NCBI GenBank assembly: GCA_965208125.1
Contig: OZ242320.1
Coordinates: forward strand, 1,504,001-1,568,000
Source: Candidatus Latescibacterota bacterium
GTDB taxonomy: Bacteria > Latescibacterota > UBA2968
Reading direction: 5' to 3'
DNA: 64,000 nt
Numbering within the stretch: the stretch's first letter is position 1; every line of letters starts with the position of its first letter. Of the stretch, positions 1-8,440 are shown in pieces. Below the pieces are notes generated by a model. It was given only the letters and a program-made list of their open reading frames with translations. It was not told where the DNA came from and searched no databases. A program made the position numbers and the translations under genes.

Positions 1-2
1 AT

Positions 3-329
3 GGCGACCAGAGCACAGGCGTGGATATCGTGCGTCGCGCACTGCAAGCCCCGCTGCGTCAGATCGCCGATAATGCCGGTATAGAAGGCAGCCTTGTCGT
101 GCAAAAAGTAAACGAAGGCGAAGGCGCTTATGGATTTAATGCACGCACCGAGCAATATGAAGACCTGGTAGATTCCGGTGTGATTGATCCCACAAAAGTG
201 GTGCGCACTGCAATGGAAAATGCAGCGTCCATCGCGGGATTGTTATTGACAACCGAAGCCCTGGTCACAGATATGCCAGAAGAAAATCAGGGTGCTGCAC
301 ACGTCGATGATCACGGACACATGCACTAA
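3..329 (+). CDS. groL: chaperonin GroEL, C-terminal part (gene starts before the window)
   Basis: Frame is open from base 3 ([22 protein letters not shown]...). Contains [27 protein letters not shown], a hallmark of the GroEL C-terminus. Confidence 0.97.
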   Translation, partial: GDQSTGVDIVRRALQAPLRQIADNAGIEGSLVVQKVNEGEGAYGFNARTEQYEDLVDSGVIDPTKVVRTAMENAASIAGLLLTTEALVTDMPEENQGAAHVDDHGHMH

Positions 330-358
330 ATCGGACTGTCGAAATATGCTCGACCTCC

Positions 359-391
359 AAAAAGGGCTGACCGCTGGTCAGCCCTTTTTTT
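359..391 (+). terminator. intrinsic terminator after groEL
   Basis: AAAAAGGGCTGACC-GCT-GGTCAGCCCTTTTTTT: perfect hairpin followed by a U-tract. Confidence 0.9.
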
Positions 392-401
392 GTGTGTTTG
401 G

Positions 402-430
402 TTGAATTTGTGGGCAGTTTTATCTATATT
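402..430 (+). promoter_or_regulatory. putative sigma-70 promoter of the histone-like gene
   Basis: TTGAAT-17 nt-TATATT. Confidence 0.45.
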
Positions 431-478
431 ATCAAAGACTTAAACCAAATTTGAGCTAACCATTTGCGAAAGGAAATT

Positions 479-1651
479 ATGGCAAAAGCGAAAACACAGG
501 CTGAAGAACCTCGGGAAACTGAAGGCGCGACATCCACAGCAAAAAAAGCAAAACGTCCGTCAAAAAAGCAGGCAACAAAAAAAACAGCCAAAAAGCCAGC
601 TAAGAAAACGAACACCAGATCTTCTACACCGCGTGTATCGAAAAAGCGGTCGTCCAAAAAGCCTGCGAAAAAGCAACCATCCAAAAAAACAGCGAAAAAG
701 CAATCCGCCAAAAAGCCTGTGCAAAAAGCCAAAAAGCCTGCAAAAAAGGCCAGGAAACCAGCGCAGCAAGCCAAGAAGTCTGGAAAAAAGGCTGAAATGC
801 CTGCCGCACAGGAAGAGCGCACGGTAATTTCATCGCCGCCATCCAGACGGCGTAGAGAAAAGGAAAAGGTCGAAGCAAAAACTTCTGTTGATCAAAATCA
901 ACAAGCTGGAGACGCCGCGCAAACACAAACGCCCCAGGATGTGCAACCAGAAGAAATGCAATGGGGGCGTCGAACAAGGCGGTCTGCACCAATTGGCTGG
1001 GAAGATCGCGCCGGTGTAAGCACACCTGCTCAACCCACGCGACGGCAGGACGCGACGGCAGAGAACCAACCCGTTGAAGCACCTGCAGAACCAGAAGCAC
1101 CACCACAAGCGCGAACCGAAACACCTCCTCAGGCCCAGCGGGAAGAACCAAAAAAAGAAGACACGCGCAAGAGGTCTCGCCCGCCTAAAGGACGCAATCA
1201 GAGCAATCAGAACAAACAGCAGCCTTCAAAACGCACAAGCGATCGCAGTCGCAGCCAGAAACCCGATCAACCATCGAACAAATTGACACAAATTCTGGCG
1301 CAATCGTGGACCGAAGACAAAACGCGGCAATTTATCAGCGAAGGCTTTCTCGGCAGTTTATCGCCCGAAATGGTCAATAATGGAAATAGCGAATCCATCC
1401 CGGACGCCGAGAGACTCAAGAAGCCCCTGGAAATGATCCGCAAAGTTCTGGCCGATGAGTGTATGGTTGCCGACGATGTCACAGATTTGATGTTGCTCGA
1501 CGTGGTGATGAATGCCCTGTCAGACCGCATTGACGTGTGCCGACTACAGGCCGAGTCCAACGCACTGGCGGATATAGACGCGATCTTAGAATTGCGCTAC
1601 AAAGCCGACCGGCGATTGATAGAAGCGGTAAATGCCTTGAAGAATGCATGA
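479..1651 (+). CDS. protein with histone H1-like Lys/Ala/Pro-rich N-terminus, disordered linker and unknown C-terminal helical domain
   Basis: AAGGA RBS before ATG 479. Repeated KKPAKK/KKTAKK units, a Q/P/E-rich middle, and a globular-looking C-terminus of about 120 aa. Confidence 0.75.
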   Translation: MAKAKTQAEEPRETEGATSTAKKAKRPSKKQATKKTAKKPAKKTNTRSSTPRVSKKRSSKKPAKKQPSKKTAKKQSAKKPVQKAKKPAKKARKPAQQAKKSGKKAEMPAAQEERTVISSPPSRRRREKEKVEAKTSVDQNQQAGDAAQTQTPQDVQPEEMQWGRRTRRSAPIGWEDRAGVSTPAQPTRRQDATAENQPVEAPAEPEAPPQARTETPPQAQREEPKKEDTRKRSRPPKGRNQSNQNKQQPSKRTSDRSRSQKPDQPSNKLTQILAQSWTEDKTRQFISEGFLGSLSPEMVNNGNSESIPDAERLKKPLEMIRKVLADECMVADDVTDLMLLDVVMNALSDRIDVCRLQAESNALADIDAILELRYKADRRLIEAVNALKNA

Positions 1652-1670
1652 GATATACCCGCCAATATCG

Positions 1671-1716
1671 AAAGCCCCGTCTGACAAAGGTCAAACGGGG
1701 CTTTTACTTTTTTTTA
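1671..1716. terminator. bidirectional terminator between convergent genes
   Basis: AAAGCCCCGT...ACGGGGCTTTT hairpin with flanking A/T tracts. Confidence 0.8.
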
Positions 1717-3705
1717 TCACGCCCAACCGTGTACCCCGTGACCCCCACCGGGAAACCAGATCAAATCGACAACAAACGAAACGAGTACCCCCGTCGCCCT
1801 CCCCGCAATAATCCCGAAAAAGAGTGGACGGTATTTCTCGTACAGGGACACACCGCCTACCCGGATCACAATAGCTTTGAACAACCAGACAATAATAAGC
1901 GACGTAATCTCGTGGAGAATACTCGTCGTAGTAATAATAAAACCCACGGGATGGATGGGCCACCAGGGTAGGCGATACCGAAGCGCCGTGAGAATCGCAA
2001 AAATGAGACCCCCAAAGCCGAACAGCACCATCCGCTCCCATGAAGCTGGCTCAGGCGATTTGATCTTCGTGACAATCGCATCGTAAAGACGGGGCGCGTA
2101 CCGGGTAAACGGATACTCCGTAAAATTATACGCTCCGTGTGTATAGCCCAGATAGAGCACCATCGAAATATTGACCACCAGCGCACCGACCAACCCCAAA
2201 ATCAACACCCAGAAAAGCGCGCGTTTATTCCCTGGCACGCGATCAAAAACCTTGGCATTCTGTGACAGAGCCGGCATAAACAGCATCCAGCGCAGCGCAT
2301 GAGCCGTAGAACCCACGGCAATCGTCCTCGGATCAATCGTAACCGTACCGATCAATTGAAAACCCATATCCAGAGGCGTCGTGGGAATACCCAGATACAG
2401 CGTGCCCGACTCACATACAAAACGGGCAAGCGCGATATAAATAACAATCGCCGCCGGTATCGTAATCAACAAAAGTCCCGGCGCAACCCCCGCCTTCAAA
2501 AGCCACGCCACGATATAGGCAACGCCGACAATCAGACCGATCACAGCGGTGCGATAGGAAAGAAGCTCTCCCGCATCATCTACATCGGGATCGTCATTCC
2601 ACGCCTTCCGAAAAACCGCCTTCAAATGCCGCCGCGCTGTCCACAGCCCCCATGCCACAAACACAAAAAGCGCGCCCATACACTGCCACTGCACCAGGGG
2701 ATCGCCCCATCCGCCGCCCTTCTGGTGCATCCGCCCAAACTGAAAGCCCGTCTTCCGAATAAGCGCAATCTCGCCCATCAGCAAAAAGTGGAAAAACCAT
2801 ATCGAAAAAAGAATTTCCAGATTCACAAAATATCCAAAACCAATCGTATAAGTATTAATATGCGTCAACAGCGGCGGAAAAAGGCGTGCAAAATAAAAAA
2901 GCCCCGCATTCGGACTCATGCTAATGCGGGGAACCGTCGTATAAAAATAAGTAATAATATTCCACCCAATAATCCCAAACGCCAGCCCAAAACCAATCCA
3001 AAAGAGATATCCCCGAAACAGGACCGGCCAGCCACTTCGCCCCGAAGAATCGCGTGCCTCGGCAACCATCTCGAGAATCGGTGCGAGCAAAGGATAATCC
3101 AGACGCTCGCTCTCAACCCATTGCTTGCGAAGAATAACCACCAGACAAAAACACACCACAAACCCGGCCAAAATCAGCGTAACCCACCAGAAAATCGGAC
3201 CAATCCAGACCTCCCACGGAATGGACACGCCAGATGGCAGACCCTCGTACAAAAACGTCGTCTGCTGGTGATCATTAGACGGAAAAAGATACGGCGGAAG
3301 AAAGGGCTGAACATTGTCAATCCACCCGTTCTCCGGCGTAGCCAGATAATAAGGCGCGGCCATCAGCCCCAGCCAGACACCGGTCAACCCGCGCGCGGGA
3401 ATAATCGCACCAATCAGGCCCATCGCAAAAATAACAGCCAATTCTCGAGAAGCCAGACCCTGTTTGTCGAACCGAATCTTCAGAAGCGTATTGACAATAA
3501 AAACGCACAGAAAAATCGCAAAAATAGAAACGGGAAGATGGGTAATATTAACCGCAGAAGTATTTGCAGCCGTGCGAGAATACGTCACCCATGCACTGGC
3601 CAAACATGAAATCAGAAGCCCCAACGCGACACTGCGAGGCGTAATGCGCGCCGCTCTTCTTTGGGCATCTTCAGATGTGGGAGACAGGGATTCGGGAAGG
3701 GCCAT
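1717..3705 (-). CDS. DUF6785/DUF6784-type polytopic membrane protein (putative transporter)
   Basis: 662 aa with many TM segments. Motifs IPWEVWIGP, LRKQWVESERLDYP and WWPIHPVG. Paralogue at 30202. Confidence 0.8.
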   Translation of the reverse strand: MALPESLSPTSEDAQRRAARITPRSVALGLLISCLASAWVTYSRTAANTSAVNITHLPVSIFAIFLCVFIVNTLLKIRFDKQGLASRELAVIFAMGLIGAIIPARGLTGVWLGLMAAPYYLATPENGWIDNVQPFLPPYLFPSNDHQQTTFLYEGLPSGVSIPWEVWIGPIFWWVTLILAGFVVCFCLVVILRKQWVESERLDYPLLAPILEMVAEARDSSGRSGWPVLFRGYLFWIGFGLAFGIIGWNIITYFYTTVPRISMSPNAGLFYFARLFPPLLTHINTYTIGFGYFVNLEILFSIWFFHFLLMGEIALIRKTGFQFGRMHQKGGGWGDPLVQWQCMGALFVFVAWGLWTARRHLKAVFRKAWNDDPDVDDAGELLSYRTAVIGLIVGVAYIVAWLLKAGVAPGLLLITIPAAIVIYIALARFVCESGTLYLGIPTTPLDMGFQLIGTVTIDPRTIAVGSTAHALRWMLFMPALSQNAKVFDRVPGNKRALFWVLILGLVGALVVNISMVLYLGYTHGAYNFTEYPFTRYAPRLYDAIVTKIKSPEPASWERMVLFGFGGLIFAILTALRYRLPWWPIHPVGFIITTTSILHEITSLIIVWLFKAIVIRVGGVSLYEKYRPLFFGIIAGRATGVLVSFVVDLIWFPGGGHGVHGWA

Positions 3706-3851
3706 AGTGTTTTCGAGGAATGGGCTTTTGAAGCAACCCCAAATTTTCTTGTATTTAAAAATTTGTCATGTAATTTTGCGATTAAACAACGCTAATATAG
3801 TCACACAGAGCGGCGATAAGCCACAAAAATTTAATACAATAACGGGCAAAC

Positions 3852-3889
3852 CTTCTGGATCGCGGCTAAAACCATGCCGCGATGACGGC
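3852..3889. repeat. 38-bp palindromic dispersed repeat, copy 1
   Basis: CTTCTGGATCGCGGCTAAAACCATGCCGCGATGACGGC; 35/38 identical to 35264-35301. Confidence 0.75.
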
Positions 3890-3917
3890 TTTATTGATAT
3901 CGTTGGAACATCTCTAT

Positions 3918-5414
3918 ATGACTCACAAATTGAAATCTCTGATCTGCATACTACTGGTATTCATCGCGAGACCCCTGCATGCGAGTCCGCCGCCTGTACT
4001 CGCCGATTACAACGCGGAAATAAGAGGAAGCGACGGACGCGTAGATATCCCCGTACTCATACGCCGCTTGACTGAACTGCGCGTCAACGCGTACTTCTTT
4101 CTCATCTGGCACAGAGAAACCGATTGGGAAGACCTGAAACTATTTTTGCCCGCAGCGCAAAACGCGGGCATCGACACCTGGGTCTATCTCGTACCGCCTA
4201 CAGAAAGCCCGCCGATATACGGCACGCGATACTCCGAACCATTTCGTCTAAATTACATACGCTGGGCAGAAGAAATCGCGCTATTATCACTCGCCCATCC
4301 CAACTTAAAAGCATTTGTAATCGACGACTTCTGGGCCAACCGCAACCTATATACCCCTGCCTATGTATCCACCATGCGCCAAACAGCGCGGGCCATCAAC
4401 CCCGACATGGAATTCTGGCCCCTGATGTATTACCCCGAAATGGACCGGGCATTTGTCGCGGACTATAGGAACGCAATCGACGGCGTAGTCGCTGCCTATC
4501 CCAAAACCGCGCAAACCGTACAAAGGACATGGCAATTACTCAACGACCGGAGAGACACACCCGCAAGATGGCAATTCTCCTATCCCGCATACAACCGCTC
4601 GGCAATAGGCGACGCCGCAAGTCTCCAGAGGCAATTTCGCGTACTGCCCAACGCCGAGCACTATACACTTCGATTGACGCAACAAGACAGCTATGAAGGA
4701 CCAACAGCGGGCTACCATTTCAAGCAACTGCTCATAGATGACCAGATCGCGTGGGAAGAAGACGTAGCTGGCGGCGAAAAAGCCTGGCAAACAGAAGAAT
4801 TAAACCTCGCCCCATTGGTGAACCAAAAGTCACATATAACCCTGACCATCCGCGTATATGACCGCAAGCGCGTATCCAACTTTCCCGTAATCGTAGAAAT
4901 ACAGGAACCCGTTGTAGAGGGCCTCGTCGCCGAAGAAAACTGGCAACAAACAGTTAAAGGACGCTGGACCGTGAACTTTGAACCTGCCTATCAGGGTGCG
5001 GGCAGGTACCACATACCACTGATCGTCATGATAGCGGCAACCCGATACCAATTTGTAAAACGGAACGGCGAACCCGGCACAGCCGAGCGCATCCGCGACA
5101 AAGTGAAAATGGCACTGGTACAAAGGCGGCAAGGCTTCTGCGAAGGCGTCGTAACCTACGCCCTGCCCAAAGCGCCCGACGACGAAATCTTCAAAACTAT
5201 CCGACGACTTTTTCTCAAAGCCAGCACCTCCCGCAGCGCAGACTTTGACGGCAACGGAAAAATAGGTTTCGAAGACTTTCTCCTATTCGCCAACGCCTAC
5301 GGAAAAATCGTAGGCGAATACGCGACTGTATTCGCCCCCTTTGACCTGGACCTGGACGGAAAAGTGGGATTTGGCGACTTCTTGATCTTCGTGCAAGCCT
5401 TTGAAACCCCATAA
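3918..5414 (+). CDS. secreted glycoside-hydrolase-like (TIM-barrel) protein with C-terminal EF-hand/dockerin-like pair
   Basis: Signal peptide MTHKLKSLICILLVFIARPLHA. Acidic AFVIDDF motif. C-terminal DFDGNGKIGFEDF and DLDLDGKVGFGDF Ca-binding repeats. ATG 3918 preferred because ATG 3882 lies inside the repeat. Confidence 0.65.
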   Translation: MTHKLKSLICILLVFIARPLHASPPPVLADYNAEIRGSDGRVDIPVLIRRLTELRVNAYFFLIWHRETDWEDLKLFLPAAQNAGIDTWVYLVPPTESPPIYGTRYSEPFRLNYIRWAEEIALLSLAHPNLKAFVIDDFWANRNLYTPAYVSTMRQTARAINPDMEFWPLMYYPEMDRAFVADYRNAIDGVVAAYPKTAQTVQRTWQLLNDRRDTPARWQFSYPAYNRSAIGDAASLQRQFRVLPNAEHYTLRLTQQDSYEGPTAGYHFKQLLIDDQIAWEEDVAGGEKAWQTEELNLAPLVNQKSHITLTIRVYDRKRVSNFPVIVEIQEPVVEGLVAEENWQQTVKGRWTVNFEPAYQGAGRYHIPLIVMIAATRYQFVKRNGEPGTAERIRDKVKMALVQRRQGFCEGVVTYALPKAPDDEIFKTIRRLFLKASTSRSADFDGNGKIGFEDFLLFANAYGKIVGEYATVFAPFDLDLDGKVGFGDFLIFVQAFETP

Positions 5415-5425
5415 GGAGCATCGCG

Positions 5426-8422
5426 ATGGGACTGTACACACCCGAAGAAATGGACAATGCCCGGCGAAACATCGCACGCTACGCCTGGGCAAAAGCCGAG
5501 CGAGATACCGCAATTGAAACATGCGCGCCCTATATGGCGCGAAGCGACGAAGAAATCTGGGACCTGATCACCGGACAATCCATTCCCCGCGGCATCCACG
5601 TCAACCCCGACCTCGGCTGTCCCGAATGCGGTCGAGACGTCTATGCATTCGGCAACTACCCCTGGAAAGTATCGCTACACCGCCCCTATAAACTCGAATG
5701 TCCGTCGTGCGGAGAAATCTGGCCCAAAAACGACTTCGAGGCATTTTACAAAAGCGGTCTGGGACCCGGTGGAATCTTCGATCGCAGCCTCGCCGATGAA
5801 TCCCTGCTATACAACGCCGAAAACGCCCATGCTCCACACTATGCAATAGATGACGGCATGGGCTGGATTGACGAGTTGGGAAACCGCTGGTGGTTCATCG
5901 CCTACTACAGCCATTATTGCACCTGGACCGAATTGCCAGCAGCGGCACTCGCCCTGGGCAAAGCGTATCTCTACACCGGAAACACCGCCTATGCCCATAA
6001 AGGCGCCGTCATCCTCGACCGCATTGCAGACGTATATCCCGACATGGACTTAACCCCCTATTCAGATCTGGGCCTCTACAACTCCCACGGCGGCACGGGC
6101 ATGGGCCGCATCAAAGGCTGTATATGGGAAAACGGCATGGCAGAAACCCTATCCCTGTCCTGCGACATGATTTCCGAAGGCATAGAAAACGACCAAGACC
6201 TGGTCCAATTTCTATCCGCACAAGCGGAAAAATGGCAGATCACACAACCCAAAACGAGCATTGCCCACATCCGCGAAAACATCGAACGCGGACTTCTCCG
6301 AGAATTTATACACTCATGTCGAGACCGGCGTATCCGCGGCAACGAAGGCATGACCCAAACTGCCATGGCCACTGCCGCAGCAGTACTGGACGACCCACGA
6401 GAAACGCCCGAAGCACTCGACTGGCTCTTTGAACCCGGAGAATCCCGCGGCACTGGTGGGGGACACATCCCGGCAACCCTGATTGGAAAAGTGGATCGAG
6501 ACGGCGTCGGAAACGAAGCAGCACCCGGCTATTGCTTCGGCTGGATGAACGCATTTGCCCGCTGTGCCTGGGTACTGGACCGATGTCGCAAATACCGGGA
6601 CTTCGATCTATACCGCGACTATCCCCGCCTCAAGCGCATGTACAGCGCACCCTATCGCCTCACCGCACTGGACCGCTACACCCCCCACATCGGCGACACC
6701 GGCAACACCGGAGGCGAGGGGATGACAAGCGTAGATCTCGAAACAGTCATCAACGCCTTCGCCCGGCTCGGTGACCCCGACCTCGCGCGCCTCGCGTACA
6801 AACTCAACGGAAACAGCGCAGAAGGCCTGCACACCTCCATCTTCGACGCCGATCCCGAAGCAATCCAGAAAACCGTCCTCGACATCGTAAAACAACACGG
6901 CGAATTAGAACTCAAAAGCGAAAACCTGAACGGATACGGACTGACCGTATTTCGGCATGGCGAAGGAACCGACCAGCGGGCGGCCTGGCTGTATTATGGA
7001 CGCAACGGTGGACACGGTCACAAAGACCGGTTGAACTTTGGAATGTACTACCGCGGAATGGACGTATTGCCCGACCTGGGATACCCCGAATATGCCGACA
7101 GCAAATGGCCCAAGCGAGCGGGCTGGACAACAAACACCATCTCGCACAACACCGTAATGGTGAACCAGCAACAGCAAGAAGTGAACTGGATAGGACACTG
7201 CCAATATTTTGCCACCTCGCGGGGCATAGGCGTCGTCGAAATCGCATCCCCCGAAATCTATCCCAACACACGCGACTATCGGCGCACCCTCGCAATGATC
7301 GACATATCGCCCACCGAATCCTATCTCGTCGATTTCTTCCGCGTGGATGGCGGAAACGACCACGTCATGAGCTTCCACGCCGGAGAAGGCGACGTAAACA
7401 CGCATGGAATCGACCTCACCCCACAAGAAAAAGGAACTTATGCTGGCGAAACCATCCCCTTTGGCACGCACTACGACGGACCACCCGATGGACGCTACCG
7501 CGGCAGTGGCTTTGCCTACCTCTACGGCGTTCACTGCGCCGCAAAACCCACAGCCGGATGGTGGGCAGACTGGCAACTCGTAGATACCTGGAAAACCCAA
7601 CGCGGCGACACCCCCTTGCACCTCCGCTACCGCGTATTATCCGACGTAGAAACCGCGGCTCTGGCCTGGGGCGATCCGCCACAAAACAAACCCGGCAACC
7701 CCCGGCGCATCCGCTACGTACTGCTGCACAACACCGGCTCAGAGCAAAGCCTTTTCGCCTCCATCATAGAACCTTACCGCGAGAACCAACCTCATATAAC
7801 AGACGCCACCCGCATTGATCTCGGACTGGAAGAACGCGACCTGACAGCGGCAGCTATAAGAATAACAACCCATACAGGCCGGACAGATTGGATACTATCA
7901 TCAGACGATCCAAACCGCGTATTTAACCTGAGCGAAAACATCGCAGCCGCGGCACGGTTTGCAATCATATCCCGGGACAACGGACAAACATCCATCTTTT
8001 TAGTCGGCGGAACCCGGGTGAACACCAACTCTGGAACCCTGCGAATCAGCACCCCAACTCACCGCGGCACCGTAACGGACTTTCACCGCGAAGAAACCGG
8101 CCCCGCCTGGATTGAAATAGAAGGCGACCTCCCCCCGGACAAACGCCTCATCGGCACACAATTTCGCATCTTAAACGACGGAATCCGGGACGCCTGTTAC
8201 ACCATCTCCGACATATCGCCCATAGAAACAAATAAAGTCCGCGTAGAAGTGGGTGACACCTCCTTCATCCGCGGCCTTGTATCCCGCGAGGATTACGCAA
8301 AAGGCTTTATTTATGATATTTCCACAGGCGACCCGTGCGAAATACAAAACGCCGTACACCTTCACATTGCCAATGGCAAAGTTGAAACCGTGCGTGCAAC
8401 CGTCGATTATGAATGGACTTGA
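5426..8422 (+). CDS. heparinase II/III-like polysaccharide lyase family protein
   Basis: GHGHKDRLN, PDLGYP, TISHNTVMVN and YRRTL...YLVDFFRVDGG motifs. AAGGAG RBS. No signal peptide. Confidence 0.8.
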   Translation: MGLYTPEEMDNARRNIARYAWAKAERDTAIETCAPYMARSDEEIWDLITGQSIPRGIHVNPDLGCPECGRDVYAFGNYPWKVSLHRPYKLECPSCGEIWPKNDFEAFYKSGLGPGGIFDRSLADESLLYNAENAHAPHYAIDDGMGWIDELGNRWWFIAYYSHYCTWTELPAAALALGKAYLYTGNTAYAHKGAVILDRIADVYPDMDLTPYSDLGLYNSHGGTGMGRIKGCIWENGMAETLSLSCDMISEGIENDQDLVQFLSAQAEKWQITQPKTSIAHIRENIERGLLREFIHSCRDRRIRGNEGMTQTAMATAAAVLDDPRETPEALDWLFEPGESRGTGGGHIPATLIGKVDRDGVGNEAAPGYCFGWMNAFARCAWVLDRCRKYRDFDLYRDYPRLKRMYSAPYRLTALDRYTPHIGDTGNTGGEGMTSVDLETVINAFARLGDPDLARLAYKLNGNSAEGLHTSIFDADPEAIQKTVLDIVKQHGELELKSENLNGYGLTVFRHGEGTDQRAAWLYYGRNGGHGHKDRLNFGMYYRGMDVLPDLGYPEYADSKWPKRAGWTTNTISHNTVMVNQQQQEVNWIGHCQYFATSRGIGVVEIASPEIYPNTRDYRRTLAMIDISPTESYLVDFFRVDGGNDHVMSFHAGEGDVNTHGIDLTPQEKGTYAGETIPFGTHYDGPPDGRYRGSGFAYLYGVHCAAKPTAGWWADWQLVDTWKTQRGDTPLHLRYRVLSDVETAALAWGDPPQNKPGNPRRIRYVLLHNTGSEQSLFASIIEPYRENQPHITDATRIDLGLEERDLTAAAIRITTHTGRTDWILSSDDPNRVFNLSENIAAAARFAIISRDNGQTSIFLVGGTRVNTNSGTLRISTPTHRGTVTDFHREETGPAWIEIEGDLPPDKRLIGTQFRILNDGIRDACYTISDISPIETNKVRVEVGDTSFIRGLVSREDYAKGFIYDISTGDPCEIQNAVHLHIANGKVETVRATVDYEWT

Positions 8423-8440
8423 AGCTAAAAGGAGAACAAA

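Noticed and set aside
424-822. Phe-rich membrane-looking ORF
   Set aside because: Reverse complement of the Lys-rich (AAA) repeats of the histone-like gene.
2299-3609. 436-aa plus-strand ORF
   Set aside because: Antisense shadow of the DUF6785 membrane gene.
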